From assembly GCA_040326155.1 (NCBI GenBank), contig JBEQLE010000011.1:8077-72076 (forward strand): a stretch of DNA of 64,000 nt. The letters are read 5' to 3'. Below, piece after piece: positions 49,501 to 60,533 of the stretch. How positions within the stretch are numbered: the stretch's first letter is position 1; each line of letters opens with the position of its first letter. The position numbers were made by a program, and so were the translations under genes. The stretch is from Leptospirales bacterium. Lineage in GTDB: Bacteria > Spirochaetota > Leptospiria > Turneriellales > JAOUFE01. Under the pieces are notes generated by a model. That model had not been told where the DNA came from. It did not search any database and worked only from the letters and a program-made list of their open reading frames with translations.

Positions 49501-50469
49501 TTATTCAAAATGATTAAAAAAACTCAGGTCGGTTATGTCGACTGGCTCTCCCGAAAAACCTTTATATATAATTTCAGGTTTACCCGGTTTACCAACCTGA
49601 CCAATCTTAACAAGAGAGTATCTTTCAAGTTGACCTTCGACGCCTGCCGGTAAAATAGCAACCTGAGCGAGATCTTCAGCGCCAGTCAATAATGAGGAAA
49701 TTTTATCGGCATCGGATAAAACCTGCAAAGGGGGTGCAAGCGGTATTCGGTCCAAATTTATTTCAAGCGCTGCATGGTTTTGCTCCGCCAGAATAACAAA
49801 AGTTTCATGAAGTGTATCGGACTGATCAATACTTGCTTTTGCAGAAAGTTCGTGCAACCATCTGTTTTCCCATCGCGCTTCGGGACGACGATACAAAGAT
49901 AAAACAGATTCATCTGCCGGTTTTTCTTCTTCAAATAGAGATTGTGCGTAAGACGAACCGCCAACCTGTCCAGAAATAACAAGAATATCACCGATCTTTA
50001 GTTCTTCCGCTTTTCGAGGCGTAAAATATTGCGAAGAAGCAAAAAGGGTAAGTGTAAAAGTATTTGTAGCTGACGCGGTAATGTCTCCCCCGATTAAAGC
50101 CACCTTATGAATACGAAATTTATCGGCTAATTCGGAAGTAAAAAGATCTATACCTTTTTTGTCTGCGGCGAATTCAGGGGTAATATTCATAACAAGAAGA
50201 GCCCAGGCCGGAACGGCGCCTTTTACCAACAAGTCCGATGCGTTAATTTCAAAAAGTTTCGCAGCAACATCGCCCGCAGAACACCAGTCCAATCGAAAAT
50301 GAACACCTTCCACAAGGGAATCTGAAGCGATAACAAGTTTGTTATGCTCCATCGATGAAATCGTTAAATAAGCGGCGTCATCACCTATACCAAGACCGGG
50401 TATCTCACCGGTATGAAGGGTCTTTTGGCGAATAGACTCAATTATATCTTTTTCTAAATGTAAAGCCAA
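49501..50469 (-). CDS. thiL: Thiamine-monophosphate kinase
   Basis: GIGDDAA, SDSLVEGVHF, NASD, IGGD. Confidence 0.88.
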   Translation of the reverse strand: MALHLEKDIIESIRQKTLHTGEIPGLGIGDDAAYLTISSMEHNKLVIASDSLVEGVHFRLDWCSAGDVAAKLFEINASDLLVKGAVPAWALLVMNITPEFAADKKGIDLFTSELADKFRIHKVALIGGDITASATNTFTLTLFASSQYFTPRKAEELKIGDILVISGQVGGSSYAQSLFEEEKPADESVLSLYRRPEARWENRWLHELSAKASIDQSDTLHETFVILAEQNHAALEINLDRIPLAPPLQVLSDADKISSLLTGAEDLAQVAILPAGVEGQLERYSLVKIGQVGKPGKPEIIYKGFSGEPVDITDLSFFNHFE

Positions 50470-50474
50470 GAGTT

Positions 50475-51257
50475 TCAGCCTCCAAGCTGGCGTGAACGTC
50501 TGGCCGCACGGCGTATGGCGCGCAAAATTCCCCGTTCCACAGAGTAATCTTTCAAGGTTTGAAGTCCCGCAATGGTTGTACCGCCTGGCGATGTAACATC
50601 GTGTATCAATTCCTGAGGGGCTTTTTTAGATTTTTTCACCAGCTCGCCGGTACCAATTACAGTCTGAATTACCAGTTTTCGGGCAACATCTCGCGGAAGG
50701 CCGAGCGAAACCCCTCCGTCTTCCATCGTCTGCATAAAAAGTTCTACAAAAGCAGGTCCACTTCCTGAAATGGCAGTAATGGCATGCATCCAGTCTTCAT
50801 TTTCAATATAAAAGGCCTCACCGACGGCTGAAAAAATTTCAAGGCAAAACTCTTTTTCCACCTTCGATGTAATTTCGTTGGCATACAAAGCGGTAATCCC
50901 CTGTTTAACAAGAGCAGGTGTATTCGGCATAACACGAATAGTTGAACCAGGTACTTTTCGATGTCCGTCTATAGTATGAACCGGTACACCGGCGGCGACC
51001 GAGACAATCAGACGCCCGTCGGGAATTTTCGCTGTCATTTCAGCAATATAATGAGGTTTAACGGCAAGTATAACGGGCACCCGTTCTATAAAAGCCTCTT
51101 CGAGAGTTGCAGCAATAATAATTTTCTTGGTAATTTTTACTTCGCGAACATCGTAACCAGTGACTAAGTAATTCGACGCAGCGAGGGCTTTGGCAATTGC
51201 GCCACCCATATTCCCCAGCCCGATTACAACGACTTTCTTTTGTTCCGTTTTTTCCAT
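50475..51257 (-). CDS. proC: Pyrroline-5-carboxylate reductase
   Basis: GLGNMG, RVMPNTP, SGSGPA, VTSPGGTT. Confidence 0.96.
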   Translation of the reverse strand: MEKTEQKKVVVIGLGNMGGAIAKALAASNYLVTGYDVREVKITKKIIIAATLEEAFIERVPVILAVKPHYIAEMTAKIPDGRLIVSVAAGVPVHTIDGHRKVPGSTIRVMPNTPALVKQGITALYANEITSKVEKEFCLEIFSAVGEAFYIENEDWMHAITAISGSGPAFVELFMQTMEDGGVSLGLPRDVARKLVIQTVIGTGELVKKSKKAPQELIHDVTSPGGTTIAGLQTLKDYSVERGILRAIRRAARRSRQLGG

Positions 51258-51306
51258 ACTGTCCCCTTTCTGTTTATTTTAATAATTTTACCTTAATAAC
51301 TTTACC

Positions 51307-52152
51307 TTAATAATTTAATATGCCAATCTTCTCACCATAACGAACCGGACTAAACTCTTCTACGTCGGCAATTTCAGAAAACCCTTTTTCAAGCAGTAAT
51401 ATAACGGTCGAACCAAGCTCAAAACGAGCAACCTGCTCTCCTTTCTTTATCGGAATTTTTTTCATAAAAACCTGAGATTGGGCGTCTGGTTTTTTTGTGT
51501 TTGTTCGAAGGCTATCGTAATAAGAGAGCTTTATACTACCCACATTGGTAGCTCCCACTTTAATCAACCCGCAGAGTTTTCCGGCAGATTCAATATAGGT
51601 TACAACACGTTCGTTAATAGAAAACAAACGGTCGATATTGTTCACGGCAAATGTATTCACAGGAAAAAGTTTACCCGGCAGGTAACTCATAGCAACAATA
51701 TCACCGGCAAGAGGAGAGTGAATGCGGTGGTAATCTTTCGGAGAAAGGTAGATAATAATATACGTTCCACCCTGAAAACGTTTACGATATCCGGGCATGT
51801 CAATCAGCTCATCAAGCGTCGAACCCATCCCTTTGGCTTGAATAATTTTACCCTCTTCCAGCCCACCAAAAGTTAATACCCGACCGTCAACCGGCGATAC
51901 AAGGGATTTTTTAGCAGCGTCAATTTTCCGAGCCCCTGGTTTTAAATATCGAATAAAAAAATCGTTTACCGTTTTATACTCAGTAATCTCTTTTTCCATT
52001 TCATCCGTATTGATCGAATATTTCTTAATAAACCATTTCAATACACGCTGTAAAATAGCTGTAGGCAACGAAGCATTGGTAATTTTTCCGGCTGTTCGCG
52101 ATATTAATTTCAACGGGAGTATTTTAAAAAGTAGTAATTTAATTAAATTCAT
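51307..52152 (-). CDS. psd: Phosphatidylserine decarboxylase
   Basis: SPVDG, YLSPKDYHRIHSP, NER, LGST cleavage motif; ATG 52152 preferred. Confidence 0.95.
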   Translation of the reverse strand: MNLIKLLLFKILPLKLISRTAGKITNASLPTAILQRVLKWFIKKYSINTDEMEKEITEYKTVNDFFIRYLKPGARKIDAAKKSLVSPVDGRVLTFGGLEEGKIIQAKGMGSTLDELIDMPGYRKRFQGGTYIIIYLSPKDYHRIHSPLAGDIVAMSYLPGKLFPVNTFAVNNIDRLFSINERVVTYIESAGKLCGLIKVGATNVGSIKLSYYDSLRTNTKKPDAQSQVFMKKIPIKKGEQVARFELGSTVILLLEKGFSEIADVEEFSPVRYGEKIGILNY

Positions 52153-52361
52153 GTGAGTTTCCAAAGTATTAATTATATAAGAATCGTAGAGGGTCAAGAT
52201 ATTTCGATAGTTCTGCGCGAAAGCGCATGGCTTCGGCACGGCCGCGAGTGCAAAAACCACATTTTTCAAAAAATGCACTTACTCCGCAATGCTTTGGCGC
52301 AACATATTGCGCCGACTGTTTTCAGCCAGTCCTGCGCCGGGGGTGAGAGGTGTATGGTAGT

Positions 52362-54464
52362 TTAAAAGTTTCTACCCTTCTTTAGATCTCTCACAATAAA
52401 CCTGGCGGGGTGTACGGCAAAATAAAGCGATTTTTCAACCGGAAGAGGCTCACTAGAAGCGAGCGAAGCGACAATCTCGGCGCCCAGGTGAGAATAAATA
52501 ATTCCTCTGGACCCGAGGCCGCTGAGTATAAAAAAACCGGGATGCCAGATATTCTGTTTATGTGGATTATCATAATAGTTTCGTAGAACATGATTTTCCC
52601 CATGGTTCAAACCGGTAAAAACCTCTTTGAACATTTGCAGATTTGGAACGGGTCCCATAACAGGGGTATGGTCAGTGGAGGCCGCACGGTAGGCTACCCT
52701 GGACGAGGCTCCGGGCAAAAATTCTTGTTCTGGTGGAAATCCACCAAGGGTTTCGCAGAGTTCGGCGTAAAGTTCGCTGTTTTGTGACTCAATAGGTTCA
52801 TCGTTTTCGAAGCTGTCGTTAGTCGCCCCTACAATGTGTCTTCTCGTGTGGCTTGTGAGCTGGCTTTTGGTCGGTTTTTCCACCGAAGGTATTATATAAG
52901 CTCCGGCACTCACAGGGGTCCTGAGTTTTTGCGTAATTTCGGTAGCACCTACGCTAAAAAGCTGCCCGCGAGATTTCTCGATAGAAATTGCGCCGGTTTG
53001 TTCAAATTTTATGGCATCAAAAGAATTGGCCGCAACAACCGCGTCAAATGGACCAAACTCTTTTTCGGCGCTTTTTAACATCCATTCGGGATCCTCATAA
53101 GTTCCCGTTTGTATAACATGTTCAATATCAATATTGTATAGCGAAGTTACATCGGTCAAATTTTTGGCCATATGCAGGTTTGCCGCGCAAACGTCGCGGG
53201 GCGAAAGCGATCCGGCGTTGGGGTAATACACACAATCATAGTTTACTTGTACGCCCGCGAGTTCACTAGCCTGCTGCGCATCGACAATAAAACCGGTTTT
53301 ATCTAACAACCGCTCGGCGCCCTTTACAACCCTTTCCATAGCGTCTTTTTCATTTTTTCGATGTTCTTTTGGGGGTCGAAGGGCCTGTAAAATACCTTGT
53401 TTTTTAAAACCGGTTATATAGCCAGATTTTTCGAGGTGGTCGATATGACGCAAAACATACTGAAAACCTGCCAGACTCAAGCGACTAATCGGAGTAAAAT
53501 CTCGATGAAGAATAGGCAAAAAAATACCACGAGGGTTCCCCGATGCCCCCAATGCCAACTCACCCTCTTTTTCGATTACCGTAACTTTCCACCCGCGACG
53601 AGCAAAAGATTCGGCAAGAGCTGTTCCGGCAAGTCCCGCGCCAATAATCCCCACACGAGATTCTTTCCGGTTTTGCGTTTTATATTTCAGGTTTAAAAAC
53701 CAGGGGGAACTATTTTCATCGCGCTCTTCGGAGTCGCCCTGAAAAACCGCCGTGACCATTTCCCGTTTCTGTCCAAACCCTTTCTCTTTCGTGACTATAA
53801 AACCAGCTTCCTGAAGACCGCGACGAACATGGCCGGCTGCGGTAAATGTTGCAAGCCTGGCTGCTTTTGCGCTGAGCTGAGCCATCTGAAAATAAGTTTT
53901 TGTATTCCAGATTTCAGGATTATTCGCAGGATTAAAGCCGTCAAAATACCATGTGTCAATTTTATTTCCGGCAAGAACAATTTCGCTCAACCCTTCATGT
54001 ACATCGCAAAACATCAGGTTCAATGAAACTCCCTTTCCCAAATTTATTCTATGAAAGCCGGGCACCCGGTCTGGGTATTGTTCTATTAATTTATTTGAAA
54101 ATTCTGCTAAATGGCCAGACGCACCTGTATACAACAAATGGATTTTTTTCATATCGTCTTTTGAGAGGGGGTATTTTTCTACCGAGTAATAATTCAAGCA
54201 CATTCCCGGTGCAGAGTTTTGAATAAAAAATTCCCAGGTGAGTAAAAAGTTCAGTCCCGTACCAAAACCGATTTCACAGATATTGATATCGCCCCCGAAT
54301 TTTCCTTTCGAAAGTTCAATGACTCGCTCAGTCAAACGGGTTTTTTCAAGAAAGACATACCTGCTTTCCCCCGGCCCGTCAAGTTTAGAAAAATATACAT
54401 CGCCAAATTTTTTTGAATAAGGCGTACCATCTTTCCATTCGACATCAGGAGGCTCAATATGCAC
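52362..54464 (-). CDS. mnmC: Bifunctional tRNA mnm5s2U biosynthesis protein
   Basis: EIGFGTGLNF, YFDGFNPANNP, GASGNP, LGSRG. Confidence 0.93.
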   Translation of the reverse strand: MHIEPPDVEWKDGTPYSKKFGDVYFSKLDGPGESRYVFLEKTRLTERVIELSKGKFGGDINICEIGFGTGLNFLLTWEFFIQNSAPGMCLNYYSVEKYPLSKDDMKKIHLLYTGASGHLAEFSNKLIEQYPDRVPGFHRINLGKGVSLNLMFCDVHEGLSEIVLAGNKIDTWYFDGFNPANNPEIWNTKTYFQMAQLSAKAARLATFTAAGHVRRGLQEAGFIVTKEKGFGQKREMVTAVFQGDSEERDENSSPWFLNLKYKTQNRKESRVGIIGAGLAGTALAESFARRGWKVTVIEKEGELALGASGNPRGIFLPILHRDFTPISRLSLAGFQYVLRHIDHLEKSGYITGFKKQGILQALRPPKEHRKNEKDAMERVVKGAERLLDKTGFIVDAQQASELAGVQVNYDCVYYPNAGSLSPRDVCAANLHMAKNLTDVTSLYNIDIEHVIQTGTYEDPEWMLKSAEKEFGPFDAVVAANSFDAIKFEQTGAISIEKSRGQLFSVGATEITQKLRTPVSAGAYIIPSVEKPTKSQLTSHTRRHIVGATNDSFENDEPIESQNSELYAELCETLGGFPPEQEFLPGASSRVAYRAASTDHTPVMGPVPNLQMFKEVFTGLNHGENHVLRNYYDNPHKQNIWHPGFFILSGLGSRGIIYSHLGAEIVASLASSEPLPVEKSLYFAVHPARFIVRDLKKGRNF

Positions 54465-54549
54465 ACCCCCAGTCTGGCGCTTTTAATCAAGCCGACCAGT
54501 GAATAATTGGCTTTGATGATTTCAATAAATATAAAGAATAAAACGCGAG

Positions 54550-54585
54550 TTCCGTATAAACGCGATTCATCGCGTTTATACGGAA
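54550..54585. repeat. Perfect palindrome, ACGCGAT core family copy 3
   Basis: TTCCGTATAAACGCGAT-TC-ATCGCGTTTATACGGAA. Confidence 0.85.
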
Positions 54586-54592
54586 AACTAAA

Positions 54593-55015
54593 CTATTTTT
54601 CGACTTGTTTGCCTTCGGCTATCCATGCATTGGTGCCGCCGGCTACCGAAACAGCTTCGTTGAATCCTTGTTGTTTTAGAAAACTGACCGCTGCCATAGA
54701 TCTGTTACCCGAAGCACAAATTACAAATATTTCCGAGTCTTTATCAAAGGGGACTTGCGCCCCTGCGGTTAATTCATTCAGCGGCAGTAACACTGTTCCT
54801 GGAACTCTGCCGGCGTCGTATTCACCCTGGGTTCTTACATCGAGAATCTGTATATTGCCATCATCACCGTATTCGTCGATAAAGTCTTGTATCGAAATTT
54901 CAAGAGGTGAGGTTGCAACAACCGGGCTTCCTCCGGATTTCTGTTCTTTTGTACAATGGCTGAAAACCAAAACCATAGCAATTACAACGGGACTTAACTT
55001 CTTTATGTATTTCAT
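54593..55015 (-). CDS. Rhodanese-like lipoprotein
   Basis: Lipobox-like VFSHC; LDVRT; active-site CASGNRS; GGTNAW. Confidence 0.9.
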   Translation of the reverse strand: MKYIKKLSPVVIAMVLVFSHCTKEQKSGGSPVVATSPLEISIQDFIDEYGDDGNIQILDVRTQGEYDAGRVPGTVLLPLNELTAGAQVPFDKDSEIFVICASGNRSMAAVSFLKQQGFNEAVSVAGGTNAWIAEGKQVEK

Positions 55016-55133
55016 TCTTACTCCTTAAAATAAATTCATCTATATTACATTTTCATAATACGTTAAATAATATACTATTAAAAATAACAATTGGCAATGA
55101 AAAAAGTTATTTTAGAATTTTGATAATTAGTGA

Positions 55134-55514
55134 TCACTTTGCGATACTTGACGCTACTTCAGGACTTTCAGGGTTTACAACAACCTTACAAGTTCGCGGT
55201 ACTACAATCAGATCCATATCTTCCATGGGTATAGCGCCCAACAAAACCGTATTTCCCATAACCAGAGCGCCCGTAAAGCCGACACGATTTTCAAAGCAGG
55301 TCATAATTGGTCCTGCGTAAGGCACATGGATAATGGAATCATCCGCCAGTATAACCGGTCGCTTGTCTATAATTTCAAGCTCAAGAATTTTCATAACCGA
55401 CTCTGGAATGCAAAGGTGAACCGACCCCGTATCGGCAAGAGCGCGAACACTCACCGGTTTCAGATCACCACGTTTTGGATTTGTTAAAACAAGATTCGCC
55501 ATTGTGATTCCCAT
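55134..55514 (-). CDS. Clan AA aspartic protease-like protein
   Basis: ALADTGS; LLGAIPMEDMDL. Confidence 0.85.
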   Translation of the reverse strand: MGITMANLVLTNPKRGDLKPVSVRALADTGSVHLCIPESVMKILELEIIDKRPVILADDSIIHVPYAGPIMTCFENRVGFTGALVMGNTVLLGAIPMEDMDLIVVPRTCKVVVNPESPEVASSIAK

Positions 55515-55544
55515 AATTCCCCTTTTTAACTTACCTGCAAGTTA

Positions 55545-56750
55545 TTACTGGGAATCGGGGTTCCTCTTTAGCGTGTCGCCTGCCGGTCGCGACTCTTCTG
55601 TAGGCGTTTCGATGTCTGTATAATCGATATTATAATTCTCTTCGGAGAGACCAATATGCCCTTGAAATGCCTTTTTGTTTTTTAATATATTTGCGTCGAC
55701 CTTGTGAACTTCAATTGTACCTACATCATGGCAATAATTTTTCGGGCCTTCCGGCGAACGGGCATGGCCGGTTTTTTTTGTCAGTTGAATAACATTTGTA
55801 ATACCAACATACCCTTTTGTCACAACGAGCACTTTAATCTGCTTCGCGCGCAGAGCCATCATCTTAAACTCTCCGTTGAATGCGTAGCCAGATAACGCTC
55901 CTTTGTAGTTTACCCCTAAAGTAAAAACGAGGTAAAAGGGCTTCTTCTCGTCGACAACCGGAGCTCCTTTTACTTTCCCTTTAACGCAAGCGCCCCTCGG
56001 GTCAGGTTTGTCGAAGTTCCACCAGGTCATCCCGTCAATGGCGTAAACTCTTACACCGACGTTGGTACTATAATAGTCCGTTTCACTGGTAGTTGTACCG
56101 ACCGAATCAGCATTCGGGTCCTGTGCTAAAAGCTGGGACGGTTTTTGGGGGCCCACTTCCTGGTTATGTCCGTGTTTTTCCCATTTTCCTTCTTTATTCA
56201 TTTTATATACAAAAAAATCGTCGCCGGGTACAATGTTCGGAAACTGCACTATAATTTTTTTACCGGGAGCGAGCTTTAATTTTCTTCCTCGTTGCTCAGC
56301 GCTTACATTGAACATTCCCGCCGATTCAAAGTAAACCGTTTGACCGTTTTCGTCGGTTGCCGTTAAGTCGACCCCGGAGGTAATAAAATCAAAATCGTCA
56401 ATAACTTCTATGACTTTAAACTCAACATTCCCTTTTACTTTTTCACCGTTTTCAAATACAAACGCATCTTTCGGAATATCGAATTTAGTCCCCCGCCCGG
56501 CTGTAACGGTGCTTTCAGCTTCGGCGATTACCGTATAACTATTTTGTGTTGGGCTCAGTATTTTCAAGTTCACCGTGCCCCCACTTGAATAGTCGAGAAC
56601 TCCCTCATCCAGAATTTTTCGATCTTTATGAAAAGAACCCTCTTCATGTGCCAAAACCGAAAACGTCACGACCAGACTAAGGCCTGTAATAATAGCGATC
56701 ATCGAAAAAATTCCTGTTTTGTTTTTTATAATTTCCAAAATGTTTTTCAT
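55545..56750 (-). CDS. Secreted beta-rich hypothetical protein
   Basis: Signal peptide; GTKFDIPKDAF, FESAGMF, WWNFDKP. Confidence 0.75.
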   Translation of the reverse strand: MKNILEIIKNKTGIFSMIAIITGLSLVVTFSVLAHEEGSFHKDRKILDEGVLDYSSGGTVNLKILSPTQNSYTVIAEAESTVTAGRGTKFDIPKDAFVFENGEKVKGNVEFKVIEVIDDFDFITSGVDLTATDENGQTVYFESAGMFNVSAEQRGRKLKLAPGKKIIVQFPNIVPGDDFFVYKMNKEGKWEKHGHNQEVGPQKPSQLLAQDPNADSVGTTTSETDYYSTNVGVRVYAIDGMTWWNFDKPDPRGACVKGKVKGAPVVDEKKPFYLVFTLGVNYKGALSGYAFNGEFKMMALRAKQIKVLVVTKGYVGITNVIQLTKKTGHARSPEGPKNYCHDVGTIEVHKVDANILKNKKAFQGHIGLSEENYNIDYTDIETPTEESRPAGDTLKRNPDSQ

Positions 56751-56959
56751 ATAACGTTTCTATTATACAGGAGTGTTATTGCAAGGTTTTTTCACGACAA
56801 TAGTATCAAGAGAAAACGGGTGCGTATAGGAAACTATGGTGAAACTGCCGACTTTAGATCTACAAAGAACACTAAAAACCGAAGGATTTTTTTATGGACT
56901 AAAAAATAAAAAAAAAGCAAAATCTGAAAAAATTTCCAACTTTTCCCTATTACACTTAT

Positions 56960-57523
56960 ATGAAGAATATAACTACGTATCGAAAATTGAAAATTCCCAT
57001 TGATAATGTTTTAGAAATTCGGTTGTCTCCTTTGTCTTGGAATAAAATAAAGTGGGTGGCCGTTAATAAGAATCGGACTTACTCATGGGTGGTTCGTTAT
57101 GCCATTTTCAGGATGATTAAACGAAGCGGGCAATTTCATCCGGATGGCGAAAATGTGGGGTTGCGCTCTGCTAAAATTGCAAAGCTAAATGACCTGATGC
57201 GAAGCGAAAGAGGCAATAGTCAGAAGAAACACAGGCACAGGTTGTGCTTATACGGAAAAGACGAGTTATTCATTAGAATTGCTGCTGCAAAGATGGGTTG
57301 CACGATGAGTCATCTGATTCGTTTGTCATTGACGATGTATCTGGATGATCTGGTCAGCAAGTTTCCCTACATTGGGCGCTCCCGGGACCGCAATGGCAGA
57401 TTCAGTGGTCCGGCGTGGAAATGTCTGGGTATCAAGATCTACCGTGGTGTGAGATTCCACACCATAGGCGCAAGACAACAGCACTTCGAATTCACATACT
57501 ACCAAAAGAGCGATTACTGGTAA
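56960..57523 (+). CDS. Uncharacterised protein, putative tandem ribbon-helix-helix (paralogue of 22024-22587)
   Basis: Same 187-aa length and conserved motif blocks. Confidence 0.75.
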   Translation: MKNITTYRKLKIPIDNVLEIRLSPLSWNKIKWVAVNKNRTYSWVVRYAIFRMIKRSGQFHPDGENVGLRSAKIAKLNDLMRSERGNSQKKHRHRLCLYGKDELFIRIAAAKMGCTMSHLIRLSLTMYLDDLVSKFPYIGRSRDRNGRFSGPAWKCLGIKIYRGVRFHTIGARQQHFEFTYYQKSDYW

Positions 57524-57672
57524 TACATACCAGAATTCGGGACACATTAGATAATTGCCAATAACTCGGTTTAATATTAAGATAAAACCATCCACGAGAA
57601 CTTACCATACATAGATACGGGTACCTGGAAAAAACGACGCTGCCTTGCCACCACAATTGTATCGATAAATAT

Positions 57673-57723
57673 GTCGGGGGTGGGTCGAGACCGTGGCTCG
57701 ACTCAGGGGGCAGACTTGCCCCC
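57673..57723. repeat. GC-rich palindrome pair related to 7391-7457
   Basis: GTCGGGG...GGTCGAG/CTCGACT and GGGGGCAGACTTGCCCCC. Confidence 0.65.
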
Positions 57724-57729
57724 AAAAAA

Positions 57730-60186
57730 CTAAATTTTACTCATGCGCAGACTCAGGCTGTTGGTGACGACAGAAACGGAGCTCATGGCCATGGCGGCGC
57801 CGGCAATTATGGGGCTTAAAAAACCGAGCGCGGCAAAGGGGATTCCCAGCGTGTTGTAGAAAAATGCCCAGAAAAGGTTTTGTCGTATTTTGCTCATGGT
57901 CTTTTTCGAAAGCCGAATGGCGCGAACGATCGCAGGAAGGTTTCCGTGTATTAACGTTACGTCGGCTGATTCAATGGCGATGTCAGTTCCGGTGCCAATA
58001 GCCATTCCAACATCAGCGCTTACCAATGCGGGAGCGTCGTTAATTCCATCCCCAACCATGGCGACTAACTTCCCTTGTTGTTGAAGTTTCTTTACTTCAG
58101 CGGCTTTGTTGGCGGGCAAGACCCCTGCAATTATATTCTTAATGCCAGCCTCTTTCGCAATCGCTTTGGCGCTACCGAGGTTGTCACCGGTAACCATGTA
58201 AACATCAATGCCGAGTTTTTGCAAATCTGAAATTGCTTCTTTAGAATCTTCTTTAATCTGGTCGGCCACAGCAACGATGCCTTCGATTTTTCCATTGACG
58301 GCTACAACCATGGCGCTTTTGCCTTGTTGTTCGAGCGTCTCGACTTTTTCCGTAATCGAAGCGGGTTTCAGGTCATTTGTAATCCAGGAAAGTTTGCCGA
58401 CGTGAACCTCAAGAGTTTTACCACTCTCTTGTATTCTGGCAACCACACCGTTACCTGGTATAACTTCAAAACTTTCAGGTTCGGTTAATTTCAGGTTTCG
58501 TTTTTTCTCTGAAGCAGCTTTTACAATCGATTGTGCCAGCGGATGCTCCGAGCGTCTTTCTGCGGTTGCGGCCAACCGTAAAATATCATCTTGTGTATAA
58601 TCTCCGAAGGTGTGCAGATCGGACAACTCGGGTCTGCCTTTCGTTATTGTACCGGTTTTATCCAGAATAATGGCATTAATTTTACCAGAGAGTTCCAGGG
58701 CTTCTGCGTTCTTTATTAAAATTCCACTGGAAGCTGCCCGCCCAGTGCCAACCATTAATGCTGTTGGTGTAGCAAGCCCAAGGGCGCAGGGGCAGGCAAT
58801 GACCAGCACGGCCACAGCATTAATTAAACCCATACTGAAATTCCCAAAAACAAAATTCCAGACCAGAAATGTCAACACGGCGATGGAAACAACAACCGGA
58901 ACAAAAATTCCCGAAACCCGATCGGCGAGACTTTGAATCGGGGCTTTGGAACCCTGGGCGTCTTCAACAATCTGAATAATCTGCGAAAGCATCGTCTCTT
59001 TGCCCACAGCGGTAGCTTTCATTTTAAAAGAACCATACTGATTCAGCGTCGCCCCGGCCACGCTATCGCCGGGTTTCTTCTCCACAGGTAGACTCTCACC
59101 GGTCAGCATACTTTCATCCACCGACGAGTTTCCTTCGGTAATTTTTCCGTCTACCGGAATTTTCTCACCAGGGTAGACAATAACAAGGTCACCGTGACCG
59201 ACCTCTTCAATCGGTACTTCGACTTCCTCACCATTTTTAATAATACGAGCGGTCTTAGCCTGTAGACCAAGCAACTGCTTTATGGCATCGGAGGTTTTAC
59301 TTTTTGCAACGGCTTCCAGATACTTTCCGTACAACACAAGAGTTATAACCACTGCGGATGCCTCAAAATAGAGTTCAGGCATTATAGATGTAGCAATAAA
59401 ACCGGTGTAGACGCTGTAAAAATAAGCGGCAGAAGTTCCCAGCGCGACGAGAAGATCCATTCCAGCGCTTTTGGCTTTTAGTGCGTGCCATGCATTTTTA
59501 TAAAATCTACGGCCAATAATAAACTGGACGGGTGTCGCAAGCGCCAGTTGCACAACAGGATTATGCAAAAAATGAACAATTTGTTTTATCCACTCCGGTG
59601 ACATTCCACCGGGCAACATGGCCAAAACCATTCCAATGACCAGGGGCGCGCTTAAAACTGCTGAAATAAGAGAGAGTCGTCCGAGGCGGCGAGTATAAAG
59701 ATGTTTGGCGTCTTCGCCTTTTTTATCGGCCTGGGTTTCAACCACGGAAGCCGCATACCCCGCCTTTTCAATTGCTGATATCATTTCAACGGGCTTAACT
59801 TTCGTCGAATTATATACCACATGACCTTTTTCAGAGGCGAAATTTACACTTGCTTCTTTAATACCATCTAACGCCTGCAAAGTTTTTTCAATCGTCGATA
59901 CACAGTTAGCGCAACTCATACCTGTTAAGCTTAAATCGAGAGAGGAAAATTCACCCGTGTTTTGTTCACCGGGTACGACTTCATATCCAAGCTCTATAAT
60001 CTTATTTTCGAATTGAACCAGGTCAACCTTGTCATTATGGTATTCCACAATAGCTTTTTCTGTGGCAAAATTTACTGTCGCTGTCTCAACCCCATCCATC
60101 GCGTTCAACCCTTTTTCGATGGTGAGGGCGCAGTTGGCGCAACTCATTCCAACAACATCAATACTTGCCTTCGTTTGCTTTTCCAT
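57730..60186 (-). CDS. copA: Copper-translocating P1B-type ATPase
   Basis: Two GMSCANC HMA domains; [27 protein letters not shown] and MAMSS motifs. Confidence 0.97.
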   Translation of the reverse strand: MEKQTKASIDVVGMSCANCALTIEKGLNAMDGVETATVNFATEKAIVEYHNDKVDLVQFENKIIELGYEVVPGEQNTGEFSSLDLSLTGMSCANCVSTIEKTLQALDGIKEASVNFASEKGHVVYNSTKVKPVEMISAIEKAGYAASVVETQADKKGEDAKHLYTRRLGRLSLISAVLSAPLVIGMVLAMLPGGMSPEWIKQIVHFLHNPVVQLALATPVQFIIGRRFYKNAWHALKAKSAGMDLLVALGTSAAYFYSVYTGFIATSIMPELYFEASAVVITLVLYGKYLEAVAKSKTSDAIKQLLGLQAKTARIIKNGEEVEVPIEEVGHGDLVIVYPGEKIPVDGKITEGNSSVDESMLTGESLPVEKKPGDSVAGATLNQYGSFKMKATAVGKETMLSQIIQIVEDAQGSKAPIQSLADRVSGIFVPVVVSIAVLTFLVWNFVFGNFSMGLINAVAVLVIACPCALGLATPTALMVGTGRAASSGILIKNAEALELSGKINAIILDKTGTITKGRPELSDLHTFGDYTQDDILRLAATAERRSEHPLAQSIVKAASEKKRNLKLTEPESFEVIPGNGVVARIQESGKTLEVHVGKLSWITNDLKPASITEKVETLEQQGKSAMVVAVNGKIEGIVAVADQIKEDSKEAISDLQKLGIDVYMVTGDNLGSAKAIAKEAGIKNIIAGVLPANKAAEVKKLQQQGKLVAMVGDGINDAPALVSADVGMAIGTGTDIAIESADVTLIHGNLPAIVRAIRLSKKTMSKIRQNLFWAFFYNTLGIPFAALGFLSPIIAGAAMAMSSVSVVTNSLSLRMSKI

Positions 60187-60254
60187 TTTTTCATCCTTTT
60201 TAAAGACTTTTTATCGGCCCTCGCCCCTTTTCCAGTAACGTGATTACATCGCTA

Positions 60255-60470
60255 TTATATCGAAGCGTTATAATTTGTTTCGTTTACAGACGCAATCAAT
60301 TGCTCGGTGTTGGTTTGTTCGGCGTCATAAACGACTTGCGCACTATTGTTTTCCAGGCTAACCGTAACGTTCTCGACTCCGGTTATTCCAGTAAGAGTTT
60401 TTTCGACTGTCCCCACACAGTGGTTACATGTCATTCCGGTAATGTTCAATTTTTGTTCTTGCTTGTTCAT
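60255..60470 (-). CDS. copZ: Copper chaperone
   Basis: GMTCNHC HMA domain. Confidence 0.9.
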   Translation of the reverse strand: MNKQEQKLNITGMTCNHCVGTVEKTLTGITGVENVTVSLENNSAQVVYDAEQTNTEQLIASVNETNYNASI

Positions 60471-60533
60471 CTTTAATTCCTTTTTTGCTTCATTCATTTA
60501 CTAATATTTTCATTCATTTTATATAATGACAAT

